A DNA stretch of 64,000 nucleotides from Candidatus Cloacimonadales bacterium (GTDB taxonomy: Bacteria > Cloacimonadota > Cloacimonadia > Cloacimonadales > JAFGVF01): contig CAXXOU010000004.1 in the NCBI GenBank assembly GCA_963677495.2, forward strand, positions 640,001 to 704,000, given 5' to 3'. The translations under genes were made by a program, and so were the position numbers. The notes below the pieces were generated by a model that was not told where the DNA came from, ran no database searches, and worked only from the letters and a program-made list of their open reading frames with translations. Positions 31,979-41,285 of this stretch are shown in pieces. How positions within the stretch are numbered: the stretch's first letter is position 1; the number at the start of each line of letters is the position of its first letter.

Positions 31979-33417
31979 TTTGAACCTCCTACACGGATGT
32001 TACGGAATCGGGTAGGTGAAGCACCGTGAGTCATTTTTCCTGCCTGCATTGGCTGTCCCTTTCCGCAATTAGTAACACCCCAAGCTTTCCAGAATCTTTC
32101 ATCTGCAATGCCATCCACACTGTTCCAGAACTCAGGATTATTAGAACGATAAAGTATCTTCTTGAGAGGTTTTGTAATCTTACCATTCTCGATTCTCCAG
32201 AACATGTCACCACCAAACTGGAAGTTAACACGATGTTGGTCGATAGAGAAGGAGCCTTGACCTTCAATAAACACACCATTATCAACACCGGCTATCAATT
32301 CGGAAGGAGTAAGCTTCTCTTTTCCGGGCTCAAGATAGAGGTTTGGAATACGGTTGATAGGGAAGTCATAGTAGTTTGTAGCACGTGAGCAACCTCTGGA
32401 CATCTGTTCACCAATAATTGGAGCAGTGTCTCTGGTTGTACCGTACTCATTCAGGATACCATCCTTCACGATATACCATTTCTGATTAGGCACACCGTCA
32501 TCATCGTAACCTGCTGTTGCTAAACCATTTTTAAGAGTATTGTTAGCGCAGAAGTTAACCTCTTTAGTTCCATACTGATAATTCTTCAGTTTCTCCGGAG
32601 TAGCAAACGAGATACCTGCAAAGTCAGCTTCCCAACCAAGAACTCTATCAAGCTCAGTTGGATGACCAACAGATTCATGCATGGTTAAAGCTAGGTGAGT
32701 TGGGTCTAAGATAAGATCCATTCTCTCTTCACCGGGAAGTGAATCAGCGTTAAGTTTCATGATAGCTTCACGAGCTACTCTGTCCGCTTCTGTCAGACAA
32801 TTAAGAGATTCAATATACTCCCAACCGGCAGAGCTTCCACCCGGTCTTAATGAACGGGATTGACTGTCATCATTGCCTACAACTGTAGCTGAGAACATGG
32901 GTTCAGTTGTGTATGTCTCTGATTTTATGTATGAACCTAATGTTGAAGCAAAAATCTTATCAGTATGGTCATACATTAACCAGAAAGTAGCTCTTTTCAC
33001 TTGGTCATAACTCATCATTTTGTTGTTAACCTCAAGCATCATCTCTACTTTCTCGTTAAGAGGAATACTGAACGGGTCAGTTATAATTGGTGTTTTGAAG
33101 CTATCAATATATCCACGCTCAGTAGCGAGAGTAAGTTTACGATCTTTGTTGATTTTAGCTGAGTTCTCAGCAATCTCTTTCGCTTTACGAACTGTCTTAG
33201 CCACTTCGTCAGCGTTAAACTTGTAGTTACTGGCAAATCCCCAAGCTCCATCTTTGAAGAACCTGATTCCGTAACCGTTCAATTCGGAGTTGTTTACATT
33301 CTTGATACTCTGGTTTTGAAGAAATATTCTTTCTGATCTTGTTCGCTGAATTCGTATATCTGCGTATTCAGCACCAAGTTGTCTAGCCAGGTCAATTGCT
33401 TGTAATGCAAAATCCAT
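31975..33417 (-). CDS. tldD: TldD metalloprotease
   Basis: EYADIR, HESVGHPTELDR, YDDDG, NCGKGQP. Confidence 0.9.
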   Translation of the reverse strand: MDFALQAIDLARQLGAEYADIRIQRTRSERIFLQNQSIKNVNNSELNGYGIRFFKDGAWGFASNYKFNADEVAKTVRKAKEIAENSAKINKDRKLTLATERGYIDSFKTPIITDPFSIPLNEKVEMMLEVNNKMMSYDQVKRATFWLMYDHTDKIFASTLGSYIKSETYTTEPMFSATVVGNDDSQSRSLRPGGSSAGWEYIESLNCLTEADRVAREAIMKLNADSLPGEERMDLILDPTHLALTMHESVGHPTELDRVLGWEADFAGISFATPEKLKNYQYGTKEVNFCANNTLKNGLATAGYDDDGVPNQKWYIVKDGILNEYGTTRDTAPIIGEQMSRGCSRATNYYDFPINRIPNLYLEPGKEKLTPSELIAGVDNGVFIEGQGSFSIDQHRVNFQFGGDMFWRIENGKITKPLKKILYRSNNPEFWNSVDGIADERFWKAWGVTNCGKGQPMQAGKMTHGASPTRFRNIRVGGSK

Positions 33418-33837
33418 AAGACCTCCTGTATGTAATTAGTAATTAGTAATTATGAATTAGTAATTTGGGGAGCAATGTTCCCCGTGTTTGTCATTTATAC
33501 TATATGCTTTTTGAAGGGCAAGAAAAAGATTAATAATCTTACTTGCACCAGTCTTCACTTAAAAGCTACGCCCTGGAAGGTCGCAGTGAAACGTGGGGCG
33601 TGGAAGACCTTTATTCAGACTTGCACCGCAACGAAGCATGGGGCGAGGATGAAATCAAGCACTCTCAGAATCAATAATGATCGCTGATTACACAGAATCA
33701 CTCAGCGAAGTAATAATACGAAGTATAACAACATATTTCTCACTTGAGAGACTTAGTATTAGAATACATTCGACCCACTTCGGAGTCGGTTAAGTGTAAC
33801 TACAATAGAGTCATTGCAAATGCTGTGCTCTCTTTTA

Positions 33838-33946
33838 ATTCTCGGGAATCACACGGGACTCTCCCGGGAATCTCTCGGGAATCTCTCGGGACTTTGCCCG
33901 AGAAAGTCTCTTTTTATTCCCGACACATTCCTGCATAAGTCACGGG
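33838..33946. repeat. 11-nt-phased CGGGA/CCCG array
   Basis: CGGGA at 33843, 33854, 33865, 33876, 33887. Inverted CCCG/CCTG/CACG at 33897, 33919, 33930, 33941. Confidence 0.85.
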
Positions 33947-34196
33947 GATTATGATAGGGAAATCAAACAACGATGTAATAGTCAACCGAAGGGATGGTTG
34001 TATAAGATTTTTTTGTTGCTTACAGCTTTTATTGTATGTCTATGTTATCTAGAAGAAAATGATAATTGGTAGTAAACTGTTCGAGAAGACAACTAACTCT
34101 TGGTATCTGTAGCATATGTAGCGATTTTACTTTACAAAAACAGTGTTAATATTTTCCTGCAATCAGAATAAATATAATGCTTTAAGGAGTCGTCTT

Positions 34197-35573
34197 ATGA
34201 AACAAGTCGGTTTTAAGTTTCCTACAGTTATAAGAGAAACAGCCCTCAATAGAGTTGAGGAGGAGTGGTATATCCCAATGCTTGCGAAGAAGCTTGGAAG
34301 AGAGATTACACCTACCAAAAGAAGTAATTTTGGTGAATACAATATGGCTGTGCATTACTTAACAACAGTAATGGAAGAAGCTAAAGCAGTTGAAAAAGTA
34401 GCTATTTATAATATCGATCACATGGCTCAGATTAGATTTACAGGTAAAGATGCATTAGCTCTTCTTAATCGTGTACTTCCTGCGAATGTTGAATCTATGA
34501 AGATCGGACAGTGTAAATACACACTGCTTCTCAATAAGAATGGTGGAACACAGGATGACCTGATAATTATGAGAGTCGCTGAAGCTGATTTCATTCTTGT
34601 TATCAATGCAGGTCATGATATAACAGACACTGTTGATGGTGTTGAGTATGTTGCTGATGTAGATAGAATCCTTGCTGAACTCAAAGATGGGGAAGAGGTT
34701 ATTGCTGAAGATATCTCTGACCAGCTTGTGAAGATCGACGTTCAAGGTCCATATTCCTATAAACTTCTTAAGAACCTATATGGTCAGGAAGTGCTTAGAA
34801 ACCGTAACAAGCCTGCTAAGAATATGGGATTCTTCTCATTCAATGAGTTTGATTATGAAGGACATCACTATTTCTTAAGTCGTACTGGTTACACAAACAG
34901 ATGGGGATGGGAACTCTATGTGCCTGTTGCAGTTGCTGAAGAACAGTTCAAACGTATTGTGACAGAAGCTCTTGAATTAGATGGTTTACTCGTAGGTCTC
35001 GGTGGTAGAGATGAGAATCGTCTTTCTGCTGGTAATGTTGGTTTACCTCTTATGGGTCAGGAATACACTCCTGCAACTACACCAACAAATGCACCTCTTT
35101 TTAACGCAGCTTTCGATCTGAACGGAGAGTTTGTAGGTAAAGAAGCAATTGTTAAAGATATCGAATCAGGTACAACCAAGAGAATGGTTCTTGTTATCAC
35201 AGAAGGTATCGCATCACATAGAGGTATCTACCTTGATGGTAAGAGATTAGGTGAGGTAACTTCAAGTATTAATTCACCTAATGTAAACCAGGAAAAGAGA
35301 GAATATATTGGTTCAACCAGAAAGACAGTTAACGGTGAAGCGGGAGTTGCTGCTATCGGTTTAGGCTGGCTTGATGAAAATCCTTATGATGTTGATGCAG
35401 AAGGTAAAGATGTAACAGTTGCTGATGATAAAGCTCTTAGAATCTATGTGGATTTCTATAAAGAAGATGCAGAAGGTAACCCGAAAGGTAAACCAATGAA
35501 AGGTTATATCTGTGCTGATGGAGTTACACCTGCAACAGCACCAAGACCACTTAAGAATATCGATAAATTATAA
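34197..35573 (+). CDS. gcvT: Aminomethyltransferase (glycine cleavage T protein family), divergent
   Basis: IDHMAQIRFTG.DA, KYTLLLN..GG..DD, SRTGYT...ELY, GLGGRD..RL.AG. AAGGAG SD precedes ATG 34197. Confidence 0.75.
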   Translation: MKQVGFKFPTVIRETALNRVEEEWYIPMLAKKLGREITPTKRSNFGEYNMAVHYLTTVMEEAKAVEKVAIYNIDHMAQIRFTGKDALALLNRVLPANVESMKIGQCKYTLLLNKNGGTQDDLIIMRVAEADFILVINAGHDITDTVDGVEYVADVDRILAELKDGEEVIAEDISDQLVKIDVQGPYSYKLLKNLYGQEVLRNRNKPAKNMGFFSFNEFDYEGHHYFLSRTGYTNRWGWELYVPVAVAEEQFKRIVTEALELDGLLVGLGGRDENRLSAGNVGLPLMGQEYTPATTPTNAPLFNAAFDLNGEFVGKEAIVKDIESGTTKRMVLVITEGIASHRGIYLDGKRLGEVTSSINSPNVNQEKREYIGSTRKTVNGEAGVAAIGLGWLDENPYDVDAEGKDVTVADDKALRIYVDFYKEDAEGNPKGKPMKGYICADGVTPATAPRPLKNIDKL

Positions 35574-35587
35574 ACGATCAAGATATG

Positions 35588-35615
35588 AAAAGCCTGCTGA
35601 AAAGCAGGCTTTTTT
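35588..35615 (+). terminator. Intrinsic terminator of gcvT
   Basis: AAAAGCCTGCT-GAAA-AGCAGGCTTTTTT. Confidence 0.85.
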
Positions 35616-35632
35616 ACATGTGTAGTGTTTTG

Positions 35633-36447
35633 GATATCAGTCCCTTGCGGACTGAACTTGAATAGCACTGGGCGCGGCTTAGTGTTTTAGATACCAGTAC
35701 CTTGTGGACTGAACCATAATAGCTATGGGCGAAAGCCCATAGAACCCAACCCAATATACCACAGCCCACATGGGCTGAATGTTATTCTAAATCATTCTGA
35801 TATGACAATCCAAACTCATCATACATCTTCTTCATCTCAGCAACAAAATCATATTTTTTATGATGCTCCTGCTGATTTTTAATATAGCTGATCAATCTAT
35901 CACGATCATTCCACGTAATTGTAAACACACCATACCCAATTTGCCAACCATAAAACATTGGGAATAGCTTTTCTTTCCTGATCATAAGATTGGTAGCATT
36001 CTTAATGATTTTTACTGTATCAGAAACAGTCTCCGACTGCTTTATTGAACACAAGATATGTACATGCTCCGGCATCATGTTTAATCGATAAACATATGAC
36101 CCCTTATTCTTAAGGATTCCAAATATATAGCCTAACAACTTATCTCGATGCGTAACATTTAATGCTTGTACACGATCCTTTGTACTAAAGACAATATGAT
36201 ATAATAATTGGGAATATGTAGCCATACAAACCTTCTGTATTGTTTTACTATAATATATGCATTGTTTAGTATATGACAAGTTGTTTGTTTTTTGAAATAT
36301 TCAGCCCATGAAGGGCTGATTTTCGTTGGGGTACAGGTCTATGGGCTTGCGCCCATAGCTATTATTGTTCAGTCCACAAGGGACTGGTTTATAAAACACT
36401 AAGTTGTGCCCATAGCTATTGTGGTCAGCACGCAAGGTGCTGATATC
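35633..36447 (-). mobile_element. HUH-transposase locus bounded by ~150-bp imperfect inverted hairpin arrays (REPtron-like)
   Basis: 35633-35780 is an imperfect reverse complement of 36299-36447. Both are built from stacked hairpins. Confidence 0.8.
35782..36225 (-). CDS. tnpA: Y1 HUH transposase (IS200/IS605 TnpA or REP-associated tyrosine transposase superfamily)
   Basis: YHIVFSTK.R, HUH motif EHVHIL, WQ.GYG, catalytic YIKNQ. No tnpB alongside. Confidence 0.92.
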   Translation of the reverse strand: MATYSQLLYHIVFSTKDRVQALNVTHRDKLLGYIFGILKNKGSYVYRLNMMPEHVHILCSIKQSETVSDTVKIIKNATNLMIRKEKLFPMFYGWQIGYGVFTITWNDRDRLISYIKNQQEHHKKYDFVAEMKKMYDEFGLSYQNDLE

Positions 36448-36486
36448 GGGAACAGAATCTGGTTTATTGAAGCATATTAACCTAGA

Positions 36487-37656
36487 TTACTTCAATTTAA
36501 TAAGGTAACGGTTCTTGGAACTTTCCGGACGTCCTCTTCTATCCTGTTTAAGTAGTAATCCTGTAGTAAAGATATTGTCCTTAATTGAGAAAACTTCTCT
36601 TGTTGAAAAATCAGTGTTCTCATTGAAATCCATTGAACTAACGAGATTTAGTTTATAGCCTTTATCCATGGAGAATAAGCTGACTTTGTTCCCTTCAAAT
36701 GTAGAAACCCAGTAGAGATTGTTTCCTGTTTTATGTGTAATAAAGATATGTGGTTTCTTCAATGGTACAGGATTGAAACTTTGTACCTTACCATCTCCGA
36801 GAACAGCAGTTGCCCGTTTCATCTCTTTACCAATAGTCTGATTACAGATTAAACCACCGGTAAGGAATGCTTGTGGCTGTATAGAATCTGGCAGTTTAAA
36901 AGAATATGTATGCAAGTACTCATACTCGCCGGAAACAAGTTTGAAAGTTGATATATTGCTGGTCAAACCACCGTAAGAGATTGCAAGCATATCGTTGTCT
37001 TGGACAAATGATATACCTAGGAACCTTTTCTTAATAATCTCAATCTTGGAGAGCTGTCTTATCTCTTTTTGGGAGAAAGTACCCGTAGGATTAAGTTCCG
37101 AATCAAAAAGATGGAGTAAACGTTTTCCTCTTCGTTTAGACATTGTTGCAGTGATTCCATGTTCACTCCAGTATCCACGGTCATAATCTATAGTTCTTGT
37201 GGCTCTACCACCTGCATATAGAGAAACAACTTTGTCCTTATTATTATTTAGTAAAACTCCCTTTGGACTTATGAAGATTGGTTTTGTTTCAACAGGCATC
37301 TCTTCGAAGTTTACTTTTTCGTTTGGAGTGTAGGTGCAGAGAATGTAGGAATCATCAAACTCCTCAAGAATAAGACTTAGCCATTTGTAATCCGGTGCTC
37401 TATCTAAAGCAGAGATTGATTTTAGACTACCGGATTTATATGTTCTTAGAACTTTGCTTGAGATTAGCTTCAGTTCTGTATTGAGTGTTTCTTCGATAAG
37501 AACTTGCTTTCCATCATTAGTTTGCAGTTTATGGATATAGATGAGACCGTTCCAATCTTGAATTGCAGTTGTCTTTTTCTCTAAAGTGATGGATTCTACC
37601 GCATTAATAGATATTGCTATTACTAGAATAAGAAAAATGACCGTAAGTTTTTTCAT
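36487..37656 (-). CDS. Hypothetical secreted protein, beta-rich
   Basis: GGAGG SD, signal peptide MKKLTVIFLILVIAISINA, 389-aa ORF. No family recognised. Confidence 0.7.
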   Translation of the reverse strand: MKKLTVIFLILVIAISINAVESITLEKKTTAIQDWNGLIYIHKLQTNDGKQVLIEETLNTELKLISSKVLRTYKSGSLKSISALDRAPDYKWLSLILEEFDDSYILCTYTPNEKVNFEEMPVETKPIFISPKGVLLNNNKDKVVSLYAGGRATRTIDYDRGYWSEHGITATMSKRRGKRLLHLFDSELNPTGTFSQKEIRQLSKIEIIKKRFLGISFVQDNDMLAISYGGLTSNISTFKLVSGEYEYLHTYSFKLPDSIQPQAFLTGGLICNQTIGKEMKRATAVLGDGKVQSFNPVPLKKPHIFITHKTGNNLYWVSTFEGNKVSLFSMDKGYKLNLVSSMDFNENTDFSTREVFSIKDNIFTTGLLLKQDRRGRPESSKNRYLIKLK

Positions 37657-37839
37657 TTGAGAACCTCCTTGATTCACGCAAAATCAGAATACATCTCAAG
37701 GAAACGGAAAAATTTGTACAGTCAAGTAAAAAGTATGCCATTAATATACCGGATTCTGTTAAGTAATGTTTAAATTAGAAGAAATGAATATTTTTGATTT
37801 GACAAATTCCCGGTTAACTTACAAATAGCACTAATTACT

Positions 37840-37887
37840 TAGCGGCGATTTTTCGCAGTTTGCTCCGCTATATAAATTTGCTAAAGT
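37840..37887 (+). ncRNA. SAM-II-type riboswitch aptamer upstream of metK
   Basis: P1 TAGCGG/CCGCTA, GATTT loop, TTGC, pseudoknot AGTTTG/TAAATT, 3' GCTAAAG. Context upstream of metK fits. Confidence 0.75.
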
Positions 37888-37905
37888 GTACGTGTAAAAA
37901 ATTTT

Positions 37906-37938
37906 GCCGACTTTAGCATGCTGAAGTCGGCTTTTTTT
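37906..37938 (+). terminator. Leader terminator (riboswitch expression platform)
   Basis: GCCGACTTTAGC-AT-GCTGAAGTCGGC followed by T7. The 5' arm is complementary to the aptamer 3' end. Confidence 0.85.
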
Positions 37939-37966
37939 ATTTAAAAATTAGAAAGGAGGTCCTGAT

Positions 37967-39136
37967 ATGAGTAAGGACATTATTAATAAACCGGGTAACT
38001 TCACATTTACTTCTGAGTCTGTGTCCGAAGGGCACCCTGATAAGGTATGTGATCAGATTTCTGATGCTATATTAGATGCATATTTAACTGAAGATCCCAA
38101 TGCACATGTTGCATGTGAGACTTTAGTAACTGAAAATCAGGTAGTGCTTGCTGGGGAGATTAGTTCTTGCTGTGAGCTTGATATTGAAACGATTGTTCGT
38201 AATGAGATAAAGAAAATTGGGTACACTGAAGAAGGAAAAGGTTTTAATCATGATTCTAAAATCCTAAACCTTCTACACTCTCAGGAGGGAGCTTTAAAAG
38301 ATAACGCAGATGTGCAGGGTGCCGGTGACCAGGGCCTTATGTTTGGATATGCTTGTCACCAGACAACAGAGCTTATGCCTGTTCCTATTCTTATGGCCCA
38401 TAAACTTGTACTTAAACTTGCTGAACTTAGAAAGAACGGAACACTCGGTTATCTGATGCCTGATGCAAAGTCACAAGTATCTTTCAGATATGAGAATAGA
38501 AGTCCAGTTCATCTTGAATCTTTGATTATCTCAACCCATCATCAACCAAAGAGTGAAGCTGAATTTGAAACAATGAAAGCTGAGATTATTAAGCTTGTTG
38601 TTAAACCAGTTATAGAAGATGTTCTAAAGAATTCACGTAAGGAGTTCACATATGATGAGAAGGAGTTCCAAATCAATCCACTTGGTATGTGGGAAGAGGG
38701 TGGACCTGCTTATGATACAGGTTTAACCGGTAGAAAGATTATTGTTGATACTTACGGTGGATGGGGAAGACACGGTGGTGGAGCTTTCTCAGGTAAAGAT
38801 GCTACTAAAGTTGATAGATCTGCTTGTTACATGGCACGCCATATTGCTAAAAGCATAGTTGCTTCCGGTATCGCAGAAGAGTGTGAAGTGCAGTTTGGCT
38901 TCATCATTGGCGACCCGCAACCTGTGTCTGTTATGGTTGATACATTCGGAACCGGTGATGTCTCTGAAGATGTTCTTGTTGAATATGTTAGAAATAACTT
39001 TGACCTTTCCGTGAAGGGTATAATAGATTACCTTGAATTAAAGAAACCTATCTTTAACCAAACAGCTGCTTATGGTCATTTCGGAAGAGATGATATTGAG
39101 CTTCCATGGGAAAGGGTTGTACCTATAAAGTTATAG
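37967..39136 (+). CDS. metK: S-adenosylmethionine synthetase
   Basis: FTSESVSEGHPDK, GAGDQG, GGGAFSGKD.TKVDRS. Confidence 0.98.
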   Translation: MSKDIINKPGNFTFTSESVSEGHPDKVCDQISDAILDAYLTEDPNAHVACETLVTENQVVLAGEISSCCELDIETIVRNEIKKIGYTEEGKGFNHDSKILNLLHSQEGALKDNADVQGAGDQGLMFGYACHQTTELMPVPILMAHKLVLKLAELRKNGTLGYLMPDAKSQVSFRYENRSPVHLESLIISTHHQPKSEAEFETMKAEIIKLVVKPVIEDVLKNSRKEFTYDEKEFQINPLGMWEEGGPAYDTGLTGRKIIVDTYGGWGRHGGGAFSGKDATKVDRSACYMARHIAKSIVASGIAEECEVQFGFIIGDPQPVSVMVDTFGTGDVSEDVLVEYVRNNFDLSVKGIIDYLELKKPIFNQTAAYGHFGRDDIELPWERVVPIKL

Positions 39137-39153
39137 TTTGTTATAACCAATTT

Positions 39154-39183
39154 AAAGACTGTGAGCATTCACAGTCTTTTTTT
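39154..39183 (+). terminator. Intrinsic terminator of metK
   Basis: AAAGACTGTGA-GCAT-TCACAGTCTTT followed by a T-run. Confidence 0.85.
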
Positions 39184-39230
39184 ATTGACTTACAATTCTA
39201 ATGCATTTGAATACTTTAAGAGGTATAGAA

Positions 39231-40141
39231 ATGAAACGTATTGAAATTGGACAAGAACCTTATGCAACTACATTATTGAGTGTCATAAAAGGTATCTCAG
39301 ATTATTACAATTTAGACTATTCCAGGGCTTTTGTTTATGGAGCATCAGCACATGCTTTCTTAATCAACATTCATAATCAACTTTGCCCAAGTGGACCCTA
39401 CTGTTGGAACGGGCCTTGGTTAGAGAAACAACTAAAACTGATGGGTCTCAATATGACTGATCTAGGTTTCTATCATAACGAAAGTAAAGCAGAAGAAAGA
39501 ACAGAACTTGAGGTGAAGATAAAGAGATTTATTGATAAGGATATTCCATGTTCAGTGCTCAACCTTGATAATCAAATAGTATGTGGTTATGATGATGATG
39601 GACTGCTATTTGTTCAACCATGGAAAGGCTTCGATGACAGTACTCCTGCACGTCTGACATATGGTACCTGGAAAGAGTTTAAAGGTGAGATTCATGTGAG
39701 TTTTCAGGCTTATGAATCCTTTGAGCCTGCTACAAAGTATGAGATTGTAAAGCAAAGTCTTATCACTGCAGTAGAAATCCTTGAGAATGGGGATAAATAT
39801 CAGTTTGATAACTATGCTCTAGGTTTAAAAGCTTACGACTATTTCCTAGAAGCATTCGAGACTCAGAGCATGGGGCATGGGTGTTGGTGGAATGCAAATG
39901 TATGGGAGAATGCAGAGAGATGGCTTCTCAGTACATTGCTGAGATTAAAGATTTGCTGCCTGAGTTAGTATATGATGAATGTGAAACGCTTGTCTCAAAC
40001 TACCATGAACTGGCTGAATGCTTAAAAAGAGTTGGTGATAAGGAAGCAGATTTCAAATTCAGAGTTGGTGAATTAGAGAAGGCCAAAGATCTTGAAGTAG
40101 ATTCTTTGACCTTAATCAAAAAGGTTGTTAAAGCTCTATAG
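39231..40141 (+). CDS. Hypothetical protein, split by an apparent frameshift at ~39905
   Basis: Restoring one G in GGG (39904-39906) gives VWGECREMASQY and fuses ORFs 39201-39968 and 39881-40141. GAGG SD precedes ATG 39231. Confidence 0.65.
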
Positions 40142-41008
40142 ACTCTCTGTTGAAAGCTTTTTTTTAGCGCTTGGTTCTATCTGAGCCAAGAAGCCTAAAG
40201 AGATAATTGTTATTCCCATGAGGAAACGGGGAATATTGATTGTTTCATGAAAGAGGATTGTAGATGCAAAGATAGCGAGAGGTATCTTCATGTTGTTCAT
40301 TATAGATAGGTTCCCAATGCTTGTTTTCCTTGCACCAAGATTCCAAAAAAAGAAGCTAAGTCCACTAGCAACTATACCTAAATTAAGAACTATGAGGATT
40401 TGAGTAGTGGTAAGAGTAAGATCTATATTACTACTATTAAATAGCATACCTAATCCTGCAACTATTAATCCACCAAGATACATATATCCGAAAAGGTTCT
40501 TATCGTTCTCAATACCTGAGGTTTCGCAAAGGTGTTTATAGCCCACCTGCCCTAAAGCAAATGAGAGATTGGAGGCCTGAACAAGGAGGAAGCCAATCAC
40601 AAAGAAATCAAACTCTCTTCCAGGCAACTTCAGGATTAAACCACCGGTAAAAGCAAGGGTTGCTGCAAAGAGGTTTCTCCATCTGAATTTATGCTTTAAC
40701 AAGTCTGCAATAAGTGAAACAAAGATAGGTGTTGTAATAGTAAACACTGCAACTTGCCAAGATGGTAAAAACTTGAATGCCTGCAGATATAAGATATACA
40801 TTAATCCATACTGTACTGCTCCCAGCAATACTAATTGAATAGAGTTTTTGAATCTAACTTTCTTAAACCTTAATAATGGTAGAAAGAATAGAAATGATAT
40901 TCCAATTCTTAATGTAGCTAGATAATAGGGATTCACTCCTCCCATATAGGTCTTAATCAAGCCAAATGAAAAAGCCCAAACAATAGATATAATCCATAAG
41001 TAAGTCAC
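40136..41008 (-). CDS. EamA/DMT-family transporter
   Basis: About ten TM helices in two repeats, WAFSFGLI start. AGGAG SD precedes GTG 41008. Confidence 0.88.
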   Translation of the reverse strand: MTYLWIISIVWAFSFGLIKTYMGGVNPYYLATLRIGISFLFFLPLLRFKKVRFKNSIQLVLLGAVQYGLMYILYLQAFKFLPSWQVAVFTITTPIFVSLIADLLKHKFRWRNLFAATLAFTGGLILKLPGREFDFFVIGFLLVQASNLSFALGQVGYKHLCETSGIENDKNLFGYMYLGGLIVAGLGMLFNSSNIDLTLTTTQILIVLNLGIVASGLSFFFWNLGARKTSIGNLSIMNNMKIPLAIFASTILFHETINIPRFLMGITIISLGFLAQIEPSAKKKLSTESL

Positions 41009-41285
41009 AAAAAATCTCCTAACACCAAAGATAAAAACCACGTAAATGACAATATTAATTAAAGCAAGCCTTTTTTGTGTGTAGTATGTTAACAGCGGTA
41101 AGTTCTTAATAGTGTAGTGATATACATATTAATCTTTGAGTAATAGCAACTGGTCAGGTCTTAAATGATGCATCACGCAAAGTTTATATTATACCAAGCA
41201 AGCATAAATATTAAAAAAGTACTTGACTTGCGTGTAAGTGAAGGATATTCAGTTATATGTTCTCTCGAACCATTAGGAGGAATTA

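Noticed and set aside
33540..33700. Glycine riboswitch upstream of gcvT
   Set aside because: ACTCTCAG is present, but the GGAGA/CCGAAGG core is not. The segment matches the dispersed repeat sub-module instead and lies ~500 nt from the start.
35782..36447. IS605/IS607-type TnpB or IscB RNA-guided system
   Set aside because: No RuvC nuclease ORF is adjacent, and the flanks are symmetric inverted arrays.
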